Positions 11,037 to 22,191 of a DNA stretch of 64,000 nucleotides are shown here, in pieces. Location: assembly GCA_002721545.1 (NCBI GenBank), contig PBKR01000030.1, positions 5,150 through 69,149 of the forward strand. The letters are read 5' to 3'. Numbering within the stretch: position 1 is the stretch's first letter; each line of letters begins with the position of its first letter. The DNA is from Nitrosomonadaceae bacterium. Lineage in GTDB: Bacteria; Pseudomonadota; Gammaproteobacteria; Burkholderiales; Nitrosomonadaceae. Made by a program: the position numbers and the translations under genes. Below the pieces are notes generated by a model, which searched no databases, was not told the DNA's origin, and saw only the letters and a program-made list of their open reading frames with translations.

Positions 11037-13640
11037 CTATAGACTTCTAGCAATTTCGACAATCTCATAAGCTTCTAGTTGGTCTCCTACTTGGATATCA
11101 TTGAAATTTTTTAATGATAGGCCACATTCAAAGCTTGACCTTACTTCTTTTGCATCATCCTTAAAACGCTTTAAGGAATCAAGTTCACCAGTATGAATTA
11201 ATTCATCATTTCGTTTTAGTCTAACCCTTGACCCACGTTTTATAATGCCTTCAAGCACATAACAACCTGACACAACACCAATTTTGGAAATACGAAATAT
11301 TTCACGAACTTCCACAAGACCTACAACATTTTCCTTTTGGTCTGGGGTCATCATGCCTGATAGTGCTTTTTTAATTTCATCTACTGCTTCATAGATAATA
11401 TTATAGTAACGTACATCAATCCCTGTAGATGCAATTAACTTTCTTGCGGTAGCATCTGCTCTAATATTAAAACCTATTACAACTGCTTTAGAAGCAAGGG
11501 CTAGATTAATATCTGATTCTGTAATTGCGCCAACACCGCTATGGATAATGTTAACCCTGACTTCATCTGTTGAAAGGTTCTCTAGTGCATATGTTAATGC
11601 TTCAAAGGAACCTTGCACATCTGATTTTATTATTAATGGGAGTACTTTAACTTCATCTTTTTGGTCAAATACATTCTCTAATTTAGCAGCTTGTAATTTA
11701 GCAAGCTTAATGTCACGGAATTTACCTTGCCGGAAAAGCGCTATTTCACGTGCTTTTCTATCATCTACTAACGTCATCACGACTTCTCCTGCCTTTGGAA
11801 CTTCTGACAACCCTTGAATCTCTACAGGAATGGAAGGTCCGGCTTCTTCTACCGGATTACCATTTTCGTTTAGCATCGCCCTAATTCGACCAAAAACAGC
11901 ACCTGCAAGCAGGTTATTACCTCGTTTTAAAGTTCCAGACTGAACTAATATTGATGCTACAGGACCACGACCCTTGTCAATACGTGATTCAATAACGATA
12001 CCTTTTGCAGGGCCATTGATTGCTGCTTTAAGTTCCAGTATTTCAGCTTGCAACAACACACCATCAAGTAAATTATCAATACCCTGACCAGTTTTAGCTG
12101 ATACTTCAATGAACATAGTATCACCACCATATTCTTCAGGTAGAACTTCCTGATTAATTAACTCTTGTTTTATACGTTCAGTATTTGCTTCTGGTTTGTC
12201 GATTTTGTTGATAGCAACAATCATTGGTACTTTTGCAGCTTTGGCATGATGTATTGCTTCTATAGTTTGTGGCATAACGCCATCATCTGCTGCAACTACT
12301 AGGATAACCAGATCAGTAACTTTAGATCCACGGGCGCGCATTTCAGTAAATGCTTCATGGCCTGGTGTATCGAGAAAAGTAATCATACCTTTCTCTGTTT
12401 CAACATGATACGCACCAATATGCTGTGTAATTCCTCCTTTTTCTCCGCTTGCTATATGTGTGCGTCGTACATAATCTAGTAAAGAAGTTTTACCATGATC
12501 AACATGACCCATAACTGTAACAACTGGAGAGCGCGGTTCTATTTTTAGATCTTCATTAAGATTCTCTTCATTATCTGATAGAAATGCTTCAGGGTTATCT
12601 AAAGCAGCCTGCTTTGCAATATGACCCATTTCCTCTACAACTATCATTGCAGTATCTTGATCCAGCATTTGATTAATAGTTACCATACTGCCCATTTTCA
12701 TTAGGGCCTTAATTACTTCAGCTGCCTTCACTGTCATTTTTTGAGCAAGTGCTCCAACAGAAATAGTTTCAGGTACTATTACTTCGTGCACGACGGGCTC
12801 TGTTGGTGCAGAGAAAGCATGGATTGTTTGTTCCTCACTTGGATTATTTTTTACATGTTTCTCCCTTCTAGCACGCCACCCAGATTTTCCTACGGAAAGA
12901 TCATTTCGTCCTTTATGGCTACGCTTACCTGTATTAGCGTCACTCCAAACAACTTGCTTAGTTTGTTTCTTTTTCTTTTCAGCTTTTGCTGCTTTTTCTT
13001 CTGGTTTAACTATTGGTTTATGTAAAGTACCTTCTGTCGGAGAAGGACGATATTTCTTTTCTTTATCTACAATTATACTTTCTGGTTCTTTATTAGAATC
13101 TTTTTTATCTTGTTTAGTATCAGTTGTAGTTGATTTTTTATTGCGTTGCTTCTTTGTATTAACTTCAGCTGTTTGCCGAGCAATCAATTCAGCTTGTTTT
13201 TCTTCTTCTTCTTGGCGTAATGCTTGCTGTGTTTTATCTATTGAGTGGGAACGGGTAGGTTTATATTTATTTGATATAGGTGAACTAGGCGTAGAAATGA
13301 TTTTACTAGAATCCTCTTTCTGAACTTTTTTATCTTTTGGCTCCTCACGCTTAACAAACACACGTTTTTTTCGGACCTCTACCTGTATTGTATGTGCTTT
13401 TCCAGTACTATCTGATTTTCTGATTTCAGAGGTTTGCCGACGAGTTAAAGTTATCTTGTTTTTTTCTCTTTTTGTGCCATGGGATTTTCGGAGATAATCA
13501 AGTAGCTGAGCTTTGTCCTCCTCAGTTAAGTTATCCTTAGCCAGTTTTTTATTTACACCAGCAGCCTTGAGTTGCTCGAGTAATGCTGACGGCAACAGTC
13601 CAAGTTCATTAGCAAATTGTTCTACTTTAGTTTGTGACAT
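11037..13640 (-). CDS. infB: translation initiation factor IF-2
   Basis: GTPase motifs [21 protein letters not shown]. Lys/Glu-rich low-complexity N-terminal region typical of IF-2. Confidence 0.95.
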   Translation of the reverse strand: MSQTKVEQFANELGLLPSALLEQLKAAGVNKKLAKDNLTEEDKAQLLDYLRKSHGTKREKNKITLTRRQTSEIRKSDSTGKAHTIQVEVRKKRVFVKREEPKDKKVQKEDSSKIISTPSSPISNKYKPTRSHSIDKTQQALRQEEEEKQAELIARQTAEVNTKKQRNKKSTTTDTKQDKKDSNKEPESIIVDKEKKYRPSPTEGTLHKPIVKPEEKAAKAEKKKKQTKQVVWSDANTGKRSHKGRNDLSVGKSGWRARREKHVKNNPSEEQTIHAFSAPTEPVVHEVIVPETISVGALAQKMTVKAAEVIKALMKMGSMVTINQMLDQDTAMIVVEEMGHIAKQAALDNPEAFLSDNEENLNEDLKIEPRSPVVTVMGHVDHGKTSLLDYVRRTHIASGEKGGITQHIGAYHVETEKGMITFLDTPGHEAFTEMRARGSKVTDLVILVVAADDGVMPQTIEAIHHAKAAKVPMIVAINKIDKPEANTERIKQELINQEVLPEEYGGDTMFIEVSAKTGQGIDNLLDGVLLQAEILELKAAINGPAKGIVIESRIDKGRGPVASILVQSGTLKRGNNLLAGAVFGRIRAMLNENGNPVEEAGPSIPVEIQGLSEVPKAGEVVMTLVDDRKAREIALFRQGKFRDIKLAKLQAAKLENVFDQKDEVKVLPLIIKSDVQGSFEALTYALENLSTDEVRVNIIHSGVGAITESDINLALASKAVVIGFNIRADATARKLIASTGIDVRYYNIIYEAVDEIKKALSGMMTPDQKENVVGLVEVREIFRISKIGVVSGCYVLEGIIKRGSRVRLKRNDELIHTGELDSLKRFKDDAKEVRSSFECGLSLKNFNDIQVGDQLEAYEIVEIARSL

Positions 13641-13682
13641 TTAAATGATAAACTTTTTAGTTTATAAGCTATTACACTGCTT

Positions 13683-15158
13683 TTAAGTAAACCATGGTTC
13701 ACGTGCGGTCATAATTAATTCTTTTGCTCGTTCTACATCAATTTCAATCATTTCTACCAGATCGTCAACAGATAGATCCGCAAGGTCTTCTTGAGTTTTA
13801 ATTCCTTTTGATGCCAATTCACGTGCGGTTGCATTATCCATGCCTTCTAATGATCTGAGATCTTCATCCATATTTTCTACATTCTCTTCACTGACAATAG
13901 CTTCAGTTAATAGCATATTACGTGCTCGGTTTCGTAATTCAGTAACAGTTTCTTCATCTAGTGATTCAATCTCTATCATTTCATTTAGAGGTACATAAGC
14001 TACTTCTTCCAAGGTGGTAAATCCTTCTTGTGCAAGAATGTCTGCTACTTCTTCATCTACATCAAGTTTTTCCATAAATACTTCTCGTATTGCTAAGATC
14101 TCTTCTTCATTCTTAGCCAATGATTCTTCCATGGACATTATATTTAGTTCCCATCCTGTCAAGTCAGATGCAAGCCTCACATTTTGGCCGCCACGACCTA
14201 TTGCTTGAGCTAAATTCTCCTCATCAACAACAATATCCATACAATGCTTTTCTTCGTCTACAACAATACTAGTAATTTCAGCAGGCGCAAGTGCATTGAT
14301 AACGAATGTAGCAGGATCATCTGACCACAAAATGATATCTATTCGTTCACCTGCTAATTCACTTGTAACAGCCTGTACTCTTGAGCCACGCATACCAACA
14401 CAGGTACCAATCGGATCAATTCTTTGATCATTGGATTTTACAGCAATTTTTGCACGTGATCCGGGGTCTCGAGCAGCAGATTTTACATCCAGCATTCCCT
14501 CTTCAATCTCTGGCACTTCAAGTTCAAATAATTTCATAAGAAAATCAGAATCTATCCTTGACAATATTAATTGCGGCCCTCTAACTGTTCGATCAACTTT
14601 TGATAGATAAGCACGTACACGGTCACCCACCCGTAAATTTTCTTTTGGAATCATTTGTTCTCGGGGTAAAGCGGCCTCAATTTTTCCTGATTCAATAATG
14701 GCATTACCACGTTCCATACGTTTTATAGTACCGGTCACCATATATTCTTCACGTTCTAGAAAATCATTTAAAATTTGTTCCCTTTCAGCATCACGAATTT
14801 TCTGAAATATTACTTGCTTTGCTGCTTGTGCTCCAATACGCCCAAACTCAATAGGCTCCAATTCTTTTTCTATAAATTCTTCTAACTGGATTTTATCGTT
14901 AATTTTTTGAGCTTCATCTAAGGAAACTTGATGAGCAGGGTCAACAACGGCGTCACGGTTTTCTACTACCTGCCAACGGCGGAAAGATTGATAGTTACCT
15001 GTTTCGCGATCAATAGCTACACGTACACCAGCATCTTCACGAAATTGTTTTTTTGTCGCTGAGCCTAATGCTAGCTCCAAGGCAGTAAAAACCACGTCTC
15101 TTTCAACATTTTTTTCACGTGCTAATGCATCTACTAACAATAAAACTTCGCGGCTCAT
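13683..15158 (-). CDS. nusA: transcription termination/antitermination factor NusA
   Basis: NusA N-terminal, S1 and two KH regions ([19 protein letters not shown]) plus an acidic C-terminal repeat region. Confidence 0.95.
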   Translation of the reverse strand: MSREVLLLVDALAREKNVERDVVFTALELALGSATKKQFREDAGVRVAIDRETGNYQSFRRWQVVENRDAVVDPAHQVSLDEAQKINDKIQLEEFIEKELEPIEFGRIGAQAAKQVIFQKIRDAEREQILNDFLEREEYMVTGTIKRMERGNAIIESGKIEAALPREQMIPKENLRVGDRVRAYLSKVDRTVRGPQLILSRIDSDFLMKLFELEVPEIEEGMLDVKSAARDPGSRAKIAVKSNDQRIDPIGTCVGMRGSRVQAVTSELAGERIDIILWSDDPATFVINALAPAEITSIVVDEEKHCMDIVVDEENLAQAIGRGGQNVRLASDLTGWELNIMSMEESLAKNEEEILAIREVFMEKLDVDEEVADILAQEGFTTLEEVAYVPLNEMIEIESLDEETVTELRNRARNMLLTEAIVSEENVENMDEDLRSLEGMDNATARELASKGIKTQEDLADLSVDDLVEMIEIDVERAKELIMTAREPWFT

Positions 15159-15185
15159 GTTACCTCCAGCCAGATTTTTAGTTAT

Positions 15186-15614
15186 TTATAATTTTGGAAC
15201 TAGACGGACCTTTTCCAGGTTATTTAATTTAAAATTAAATATTTCTCCATCTATGTCCAACTTTAATATTTCATCTTGTACTTCATGTAAAACACCAATG
15301 AAATTTCTTCGTCCTTTTAGTGATAAACGTAGCTTCAGTTTGACTTCTTGCCCCGTGAAACGGATAAAATCAGATTTTTTTGTAAGTAGTCTATCAAGCC
15401 CAGGAGAAGAAACCTCCAGTCGGTCATAGAAAATATTTTCAACTGTCAATAGCTTACTCAAATGGTTACTTACTGACCCGCAGTCCTCAACATTCACGCC
15501 ACCAGGCTTATCTATAAATATTCTTAATAATCGTCCACGTGACGACCTCTCCACGTTAACTAATTCATATCCTAAATTAGTGATGGTTGGGTCTAAAATC
15601 TCAAATAGCTCCAT
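15186..15614 (-). CDS. rimP: ribosome maturation factor RimP
   Basis: RimP motif LEVSSPGLDR. First gene of the nusA-infB operon. Confidence 0.9.
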   Translation of the reverse strand: MELFEILDPTITNLGYELVNVERSSRGRLLRIFIDKPGGVNVEDCGSVSNHLSKLLTVENIFYDRLEVSSPGLDRLLTKKSDFIRFTGQEVKLKLRLSLKGRRNFIGVLHEVQDEILKLDIDGEIFNFKLNNLEKVRLVPKL

Positions 15615-15629
15615 AGCATCGTCAGAAGC

Positions 15630-15651
15630 AAAAAATGGGCTAAATAGCCCA
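15630..15651 (-). terminator. terminator-like hairpin in the rimP-nusA-infB leader (candidate attenuator)
   Basis: The minus strand reads TGGGCT-ATTT-AGCCCA followed by TTTTTT. It ends about 15 nt upstream of the rimP ATG. Confidence 0.4.
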
Positions 15652-15822
15652 CAACAATTGTATTATATGATATCAAAAATTTATAAAAAATGAAAGAGAT
15701 ACTTGGTGTTTTTAAACTGAAGTTAATGAGTAAATTTAAGCTTGGGTTTGATTCAAAAAATGCAGGTGATACAATTTCTCTTATATATGATATTTTGAGA
15801 AAAATGAATTTTGGAGTTTTAA

Positions 15823-17790
15823 GTGGCAACAATTAAATCAATTCTACAAGAGAACCGAATTTTTAAGCCTAATGATAATTTTGTAGCTCAGGCTAATTTG
15901 TTAAATAAAAAGGATTATTCTTCTCTTTGCAAAGAAGCAGAAGGAAATTATGAGAATTTCTGGGGTAGGCTAGCAAGAGAGTATATTCAATGGCGTAAAC
16001 CATTTACTCGTGTTTTAGATGAAAGCAACCATCCTTTTTTTAAATGGTTTGATGATGGTGTGCTAAATGTTTCTTATAACTGCCTTGATCGTAACCTTGA
16101 GTGTAATTCGGACAAGACGGCTATAATTTTTGAGTCTGATGAAGGGAACATAACGAATATTACATACCGTGAACTTTATTTACGAGTATGTCAATTTGCT
16201 AATGGACTCAGATCCTTAAATATTAAGAAAGGTGATCGAATTATTATATATATGCCTATGAGTATTGAGGCAGTAGTAGCAATGCAGGCTTGTGCCAGAA
16301 TTGGTGCAATTCATTCCGTTGTATTTGGTGGTTTCTCAGCAAAGAGTCTTCACGAGCGTATTGTGGATACTGCTGCTGTAGCTGTAATTACTGCAGATGA
16401 ACAAATGCGTGGGGGGAAAGGTATTCTTTTGAAATCGGTAGTTGATAAGGCTCTGACTATGAGTAATACTGATTTTGTTAACTCAGTAATTATATATCAG
16501 CGTACTGGTACACATATAGAATGGAATAGTGTACGCGATACTTGGTGGCATCAGCTTATTACTGATAAGCCAGATTATTGTGAGCCTGAGTGGGTCAGTG
16601 CGGAGCATCCTTTATTTATTCTTTATACATCTGGTTCTACAGGAAAGCCCAAAGGAATACAGCACTCTTCTGCTGGTTATTTATTGGGTGCAATGGTGAG
16701 CATGAAATGGGTTTTTGATTACAAATCAACTGATATTTTTTGGTGTACTGCGGATGTGGGATGGATTACGGGGCATAGTTATGTTGCTTATGCCCCACTG
16801 GCAATGGGTGCTACACAGATTATTTTTGAGGGCATACCTACTTTTCCTGATGCAGGGCGTTTTTGGAAAATAATTCAGGATCATAGAGTTACAACATTTT
16901 ACACTGCTCCTACAGCAATCCGTTCATTAATTAAATTGGGCTCAGAATTACCTGGGCAGTATGATCTTTCCTCTTTGCGATTATTAGGTTCTGTAGGAGA
17001 GCCAATTAATCCAGAAGCTTGGGTTTGGTACTATGAAGTCGTTGGCCAGTCACGTTGTCCCATTGTAGACACTTGGTGGCAAACTGAAACAGGCTGTCAC
17101 ATGATTGCTCCAATACCTGGTGTTGTTTCACTCAAGCCTGGTTCTTGTACTTTTCCATTACCTGGGATTATGGCTGCTATAGTGGATGAGACTGGTCATG
17201 AAGTAGAAAATGGAGAAGGTGGTCTGTTAGTTATTAAGCGCCCATTTCCTTCATTAGCAAGAACTATTTGGGGCAACCCAGATCGTTTCAAGAATACATA
17301 TTTCCCTGAGGATATAGGCAATAAATATTATCTGGCAGGTGATTCTGCTCAATGTGATTCAGATGGTTATTTTTGGATAATGGGACGTGTTGATGATGTG
17401 CTGAATATATCTGGACACCGTTTGGGAACTATGGAAATTGAATCAGCACTTGTGGCTAATTCTTTAGTTGCAGAAGCGGCAGTAGTAGGAAAGCCACATG
17501 AAATTAAGGGTGAAATAATAGTAGCTTTTGTAGTACTTAAAGGGCCCAGCCCTAAAGGAGAGAATGCTAAGCAAATAGCTATTGAATTACGAAATTGGGT
17601 ATCAAAAGAAATAGGCCCAATTGCAAAACCTGAGGAAATCCGTTTTGGCGATAATTTACCAAAAACTCGTTCAGGAAAAATTATGCGGCGCTTGCTGCGT
17701 ACTATTGGAAGAGGGGATGAGATAACTCAGGATATTTCTACTTTAGAGAATCCAGCAATACTTGAGCAGTTAAAGAAATCGGCAATATGA
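15823..17790 (+). CDS. acs: acetyl-CoA synthetase
   Basis: Full-length Acs (655 aa) with AMP-binding motif [11 protein letters not shown] and C-terminal [14 protein letters not shown] start. Confidence 0.95.
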   Translation: MATIKSILQENRIFKPNDNFVAQANLLNKKDYSSLCKEAEGNYENFWGRLAREYIQWRKPFTRVLDESNHPFFKWFDDGVLNVSYNCLDRNLECNSDKTAIIFESDEGNITNITYRELYLRVCQFANGLRSLNIKKGDRIIIYMPMSIEAVVAMQACARIGAIHSVVFGGFSAKSLHERIVDTAAVAVITADEQMRGGKGILLKSVVDKALTMSNTDFVNSVIIYQRTGTHIEWNSVRDTWWHQLITDKPDYCEPEWVSAEHPLFILYTSGSTGKPKGIQHSSAGYLLGAMVSMKWVFDYKSTDIFWCTADVGWITGHSYVAYAPLAMGATQIIFEGIPTFPDAGRFWKIIQDHRVTTFYTAPTAIRSLIKLGSELPGQYDLSSLRLLGSVGEPINPEAWVWYYEVVGQSRCPIVDTWWQTETGCHMIAPIPGVVSLKPGSCTFPLPGIMAAIVDETGHEVENGEGGLLVIKRPFPSLARTIWGNPDRFKNTYFPEDIGNKYYLAGDSAQCDSDGYFWIMGRVDDVLNISGHRLGTMEIESALVANSLVAEAAVVGKPHEIKGEIIVAFVVLKGPSPKGENAKQIAIELRNWVSKEIGPIAKPEEIRFGDNLPKTRSGKIMRRLLRTIGRGDEITQDISTLENPAILEQLKKSAI

Positions 17791-17849
17791 GTCAACAAAG
17801 TAAGCATAATCGAATACTTGGAAGAAAGTATTGTTATTGAGTAATTCTC

Positions 17850-18809
17850 ATGATATCACCAAATAGTATTAATTATGATCATGGTATTTGTGCTATTGAT
17901 TCAGAATATTATCGTCCCGGTCTAGCTTCTATTCATTTGATAATTGAGGGAAATAAAGCAGCACTAGTAGATACTGGAACCTTTTTTTCTGTTCCGGGAG
18001 TGATGAAAATATTATCTCAAAAAAAAATTCCTCCTGAGAATATTGTGTATGTGTTTCTTACACACATACATCTTGATCATGCTGGTGGAGCTGGGGAGTT
18101 TATGTCTCTCTTTCCTAATGCAAAGTTAGTTGTACATCCACGTGCTGTACGTCATATGATAGACCCTTCCAGACTCATTAAAAGTGCAATGATGATTTAT
18201 GGGGAAGGAAATTTTAGGAGGCTATACGGTGAGATTAATCCAGTGGATGCTAATCGTATAGTTGAAGCAACTGATAATCTTTGTATCCAAATGAATGGAC
18301 GAGCGCTATTGTTTATTGATACGCCAGGCCACGCCCGCCACCACTATTGTATTTTTGATGAAAAAAGCAATTCGTTTTTTACTGGAGATACTTTTGGAGT
18401 ATCTTATCGGGAATTTGATGTAGGTGGTATGGAATTTGTTTTTCCAACTACTACACCAGTACAATTTGATCCTTTGGAGGCCCATAATTCTATAGATCGG
18501 ATCATGAGCTATCATCCAAAATATGCTTTTCTTACTCATTACTCACGTATTGGAAACTTATCTCATCATGCTGTATTACTACATAATTTGATTGATAAAT
18601 ATGTAACAATAGCTACCAATATATATAATCAGGGAGCTAAAGGGAAAACGTCTTTGGTGAAAGAACTACAAGAGTTACTTACAAGACAGATTCAATCACA
18701 CGGATGTGTTCTACAAAAGCATGAAATTTATGGCCTGTTAAATATGGACATCAATCTTAATGCTGAGGGGCTGATATATTGGCTCGAATTGAATAATAAA
18801 AAATGTTAA
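17850..18809 (+). CDS. MBL-fold metallo-hydrolase
   Basis: HxHxDH motif (THIHLDHAGG) and a downstream TPGH motif. Confidence 0.8.
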   Translation: MISPNSINYDHGICAIDSEYYRPGLASIHLIIEGNKAALVDTGTFFSVPGVMKILSQKKIPPENIVYVFLTHIHLDHAGGAGEFMSLFPNAKLVVHPRAVRHMIDPSRLIKSAMMIYGEGNFRRLYGEINPVDANRIVEATDNLCIQMNGRALLFIDTPGHARHHYCIFDEKSNSFFTGDTFGVSYREFDVGGMEFVFPTTTPVQFDPLEAHNSIDRIMSYHPKYAFLTHYSRIGNLSHHAVLLHNLIDKYVTIATNIYNQGAKGKTSLVKELQELLTRQIQSHGCVLQKHEIYGLLNMDINLNAEGLIYWLELNNKKC

Positions 18810-18834
18810 GAATGTTGGATAAATTAATGATTAA

Positions 18835-18925
18835 GGAGAGATGGCTGAGTGGCTTAAGGTACACGCTTGGAAAGCGTGCGTATGGTTCATCCGTACCGCG
18901 GGTTCGAATCCCGCTCTCTCCGCCA
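18835..18925 (+). tRNA. tRNA-Ser (anticodon GGA)
   Basis: 91-nt class II tRNA. Acceptor GGAGAGA/TCTCTCC, anticodon arm CACGC-TTGGAAA-GCGTG, long variable arm, T-arm GGTTCGAATCC, encoded CCA. Confidence 0.9.
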
Positions 18926-19085
18926 CTTATGGAGTATAAAGCTTTGATTATTAGGCTTTATTTGTAACTAGATAGTGTTCTATACCACATTCCATACCAC
19001 ATAATTTATCTGTAGGGGGTGGAATAATGCCTCTTATCTCCCAAAATTTCTTGCTCCACAAATCAATGTTCGATATTGTCTTTAA

Positions 19086-19496
19086 ATGGACGATAAAGTT
19101 CGTAAAAATAATATTGACTGGGATTTCTGGTTGTTAATGCCGCATGTAAAAATATGGCAGGCAGTTGCTTTATCAATAGATATTGATCCAAAAAAGATGA
19201 CTGGGCGTATGACATCTAAGGGCCCACAATTTTATTCCAAATCATTTCGGACTATAAAGGAACAAAATGATTTTGATAGGCGCTGTGAATTGTTGATCGC
19301 ACGAGTTCTCAATACTAATGATATACGGATTGTTTTTATATCTAATGTGAGCATTGACTCCGAAATCTATCTAAACAGTTTTGTAGATTGGGTATTAAGT
19401 GTAGAGTGGAATATTCCTCAAGAACTAAGAATTATAGCAACTGCAAAAGAAAAGATTAGTATTTTAGAAAAGAGCTATTCAAGTAATAAAATATAA
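19086..19496 (+). CDS. hypothetical protein (136 aa)
   Basis: Only an ORF with coherent composition. No family recognised. Confidence 0.4.
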   Translation: MDDKVRKNNIDWDFWLLMPHVKIWQAVALSIDIDPKKMTGRMTSKGPQFYSKSFRTIKEQNDFDRRCELLIARVLNTNDIRIVFISNVSIDSEIYLNSFVDWVLSVEWNIPQELRIIATAKEKISILEKSYSSNKI

Positions 19497-19525
19497 TAGA
19501 GATATAGTATTTAGAAATAGGAAGT

Positions 19526-19921
19526 ATGAAAAATTTATTATGGATTTTAGTGTTTTCTGTTATTAGCACTCACTCAATTGCAGAGTGGAATAAAGTCGAT
19601 ACTAGTAATCAAATTGGATTAACTGCGTATGCTGATTCTTCTACTATTGTTAAGTCTGGAGCTAAAGTAGAGATGTGGGTCTTATATGACTATAAGACAG
19701 CTCAGAAAAGTGCTAGAAAGCCTTTTCTATCAATTAGAGGTCAATGGAGATATGATTGTAAAGAAATAAAAGAGCAGCCAGTTTATGAAATTTTACTATC
19801 AGAAAATATGGGGAGAGGTGAAGTCATAGGGAAAACTATTTATGATGAATCTATGAAATGGCTGTCCATTGTGCCTAATAGTGTTGGTATGGCTTTCTGG
19901 AAATTAGCTTGTAGAAGATAA
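19526..19921 (+). CDS. small secreted protein, possibly surface-adhesin-E-like
   Basis: Signal peptide (..STHSIA/EW). The pattern W..V......YAD..SI...G....W.L.DY......YDC....W..V.P.S..AF..AC resembles the adhesin E family as I recall it. Unverified. Confidence 0.45.
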   Translation: MKNLLWILVFSVISTHSIAEWNKVDTSNQIGLTAYADSSTIVKSGAKVEMWVLYDYKTAQKSARKPFLSIRGQWRYDCKEIKEQPVYEILLSENMGRGEVIGKTIYDESMKWLSIVPNSVGMAFWKLACRR

Positions 19922-19995
19922 AGTAATTTTTAGTTATAAATTAATAATTTATATTGATCCATAAGTTATTTCATCTTTTTGTATCTTAAATACCA

Positions 19996-20445
19996 TTGAG
20001 AAATTTTATTGGAGAATGTCTGATTTATAGAACCTCAATTACTACTGAAACTATTGATTCTTATCTTGCTGCTGACTATATAGTAAATGCTGTTGAGTCA
20101 TTCGTTCTTAAGATTGGTAAGCCAAGCGTTGAGATTGATAGATGGTTTAAAGCTAAAAACTATGATCGAGCTGCATATGTAACAGCATGGAATCCACTTG
20201 GAGAGAAAATCCCAGATTATAAGAATTATGCTGCAGAGAAGAAGCTTATTTTAGAGATAGAATCTTGTAATCTCTTTTATCTTAAGGGTAAAAGCATCGA
20301 TCCATCAGGGGTATGGGTAGATGAACCGAGTGTCTTAATTTTTGGAATATTACTCAAATCTGCAAAGGAGCTAGCAAAACGATACCGTCAAAATGGATTT
20401 GTTTATGTAGATAGCGATACAAAACCACAATTAATTTTATTGTAA
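19996..20445 (+). CDS. hypothetical protein, DUF3293-like
   Basis: The AAYVTAWNP motif and the size resemble DUF3293 from memory. TTG start, no in-frame ATG nearby. Confidence 0.45.
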   Translation: MRNFIGECLIYRTSITTETIDSYLAADYIVNAVESFVLKIGKPSVEIDRWFKAKNYDRAAYVTAWNPLGEKIPDYKNYAAEKKLILEIESCNLFYLKGKSIDPSGVWVDEPSVLIFGILLKSAKELAKRYRQNGFVYVDSDTKPQLILL

Positions 20446-20490
20446 ATAATCATATATCCTACATATCTATAGAGTTATGTTAAATATTCT

Positions 20491-21129
20491 TTATTTTATC
20501 AATGTGGTAGTTATTTTTTTTCTTCTAATAATTTCGTTCCTATCTTGTTGTAGCTGTTCTCTTGCTTCATCTTCGATAAAGATATGTCCAATGTAGTTAA
20601 GTATCCACATATTAGGCACAATATCTGCATGATAATAAATATGTGTATTAGTACCTTTTGAAATTATTTCTGTAGTTTCCATCATTTTATGCATATTCCC
20701 ACTAATCATTCGTTTATTAATTTTTTTAAATGGGATTAAGTAAATTTCTTTTATAGTTTCAAAATTAAAGCTAGCTCCACTTAATTTTATTATTGATACT
20801 TGAGTAACACGCAAAGTATTGCCTTTTTTGCTTGAGACTTTACTAGACAGCATGCTTGATTTGAAACTGGGAAAATTATCAAAATCAGTTAATGTTTCCC
20901 ATACTAATGATGCGGGTGCCGGCACAATATAATGTGCATCAAGAATAATTTTTTCACCGTCATTTTGTATAGATAAATTTATATCGTTTTGATTTTTATT
21001 GTTATTATTATTGTCTTTGTAATTAGATGGTTCTGTTTTATCCATTCCTTCGCTAAAGGAGGGTGATGAAAATAAGAAAAAACTGATAGTCATTAGGGCT
21101 ATATTTGAATTTATATTTATTAGTTTCAT
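20491..21129 (-). CDS. secreted SRPBCC (START/cyclase-dehydrase-like) domain protein
   Basis: Signal peptide, poly-Asn linker (DNNNNNKNQND), then an SRPBCC-type start (PAPASLVWETLTDFDNFPSF). Confidence 0.55.
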   Translation of the reverse strand: MKLININSNIALMTISFFLFSSPSFSEGMDKTEPSNYKDNNNNNKNQNDINLSIQNDGEKIILDAHYIVPAPASLVWETLTDFDNFPSFKSSMLSSKVSSKKGNTLRVTQVSIIKLSGASFNFETIKEIYLIPFKKINKRMISGNMHKMMETTEIISKGTNTHIYYHADIVPNMWILNYIGHIFIEDEAREQLQQDRNEIIRRKKITTTLIK

Positions 21130-21145
21130 ATTTTCAGTAATTAAT

Positions 21146-21235
21146 TGGCGGAAGCGGTGAGATTCGAACTCACGGAAGAGTTTCCCCTTCGCTAGTTTTC
21201 AAGACTAGTGCCTTAAACCGCTCGGCCACGCTTCC
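21146..21235 (-). tRNA. tRNA-Ser (anticodon UGA)
   Basis: The reverse complement folds as a 90-nt class II tRNA. Acceptor GGAAGCG/CGCTTCC, anticodon arm CTAGT-CTTGAAA-ACTAG, long variable arm, GAGTTCGAATCTC T-arm, CCA. Confidence 0.9.
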
Positions 21236-21561
21236 TTTGATCAAATTTGGGCCATCAAGATCATACCTTCTTGAAATAGATTTGACTAGCCGGTTTTAGT
21301 ATAAATTATTAAGTATTATAGTGTGTTATAAAGAAAACAATAGTTGATGAGAATTAATTTATAAGTACTATATTTAGGTGGTCTAAGTAGGATATTGTTT
21401 ATTTATTGATCTTTGGTATGTTAAAATACTATAGTTTTACTCCGCTTTTTTAAGTTTCTTTTATAAGTAAATAATTTTGGGTAGTTTGCAGTTAGTACGT
21501 CGAAATTTCTGATGATTTTCCTTGTTGAGGAAGATAAAAGTAAGAATATAGATCATATATG

Positions 21562-21597
21562 GAAGATATAGAAGATATAGAAGATATAGAAGATATA
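21562..21597. repeat. perfect 9-bp tandem repeat (GAAGATATA) x4
   Basis: Read directly. Four head-to-tail identical copies followed by a partial GAT. Confidence 0.95.
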
Positions 21598-21612
21598 GAT
21601 AAAGAAAATCGG

Positions 21613-22191
21613 ATGAGTGGGAGACGAAGATTTCTGATTACTGCTACGTCAATAGCAGGAGGTGTGGCGGTTACTGCCTGGGCCACGCCTTTTATATTAA
21701 GTATGATGCCTAGTGAACGAGCTAAGGCTGCGGGAGCGCCGGTCGAAGTTGATATTAGTAAACTTGAACCTGGAATGCTTTTGTTGGTTGAGTGGCGTGG
21801 TAAAGTGGTTTGGGTTTTAAATCGTACTTCTGAAATGCTAGCTAGTCTTCCAAAACTTGAAAGTAAATTAACTGATCCTAATTCAGAGAAAGCTCAGCAA
21901 CCTGAATATGCTAAAAACCAAACACGATCAATTCGACCAGAAATTTTGGTAACTACAGGTGTCTGTACACATTTGGGGTGTTCTCCAGTTTATCGTAAAG
22001 AGATTGCTCCAGCAGACCTTGGTCCAGATTGGATGGGTGGATTCTTTTGCCCCTGTCATGGTTCTAAATTTGATTTGGCTGGTCGTGTTTATAAGAATGT
22101 TCCTGCTCCTACTAATTTGCTAGTTCCGCCACATATTTATTTAAGCGAGAATATTTTGTTAATTGGTTCGGAAACTAAGGAAGAGGCATAA
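21613..22191 (+). CDS. petA: ubiquinol-cytochrome c reductase Rieske iron-sulfur subunit
   Basis: Tat motif SGRRRFL and Rieske boxes CTHLGCSP and CPCHGSKFD. The start is ambiguous: ATG 21613 (typical length) or ATG 21559, which adds MEDIEDIEDIEDIDKENR. Confidence 0.9.
   Translation: MSGRRRFLITATSIAGGVAVTAWATPFILSMMPSERAKAAGAPVEVDISKLEPGMLLLVEWRGKVVWVLNRTSEMLASLPKLESKLTDPNSEKAQQPEYAKNQTRSIRPEILVTTGVCTHLGCSPVYRKEIAPADLGPDWMGGFFCPCHGSKFDLAGRVYKNVPAPTNLLVPPHIYLSENILLIGSETKEEA

Noticed and set aside
15157-15832. ORFs 15157..15429 (+) and 15593..15832 (-).
   Set aside because: The first is antisense to rimP. The second spans the rimP leader and would overlap both the rimP and acs starts.
18926-21145. 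Interpretation of the tRNA-Ser-bracketed cassette as a classical integrative genomic island.
   Set aside because: No integrase, no direct repeat of a tRNA 3' end, and the two tRNAs are different isoacceptors in convergent orientation. Retained only as an accessory-hotspot observation.
21492-21686. Minus-strand 64-aa ORF translating SISSISSISSISSI.
   Set aside because: It is an artefact of reading the 9-bp tandem repeat on the opposite strand. It overlaps the petA start region.
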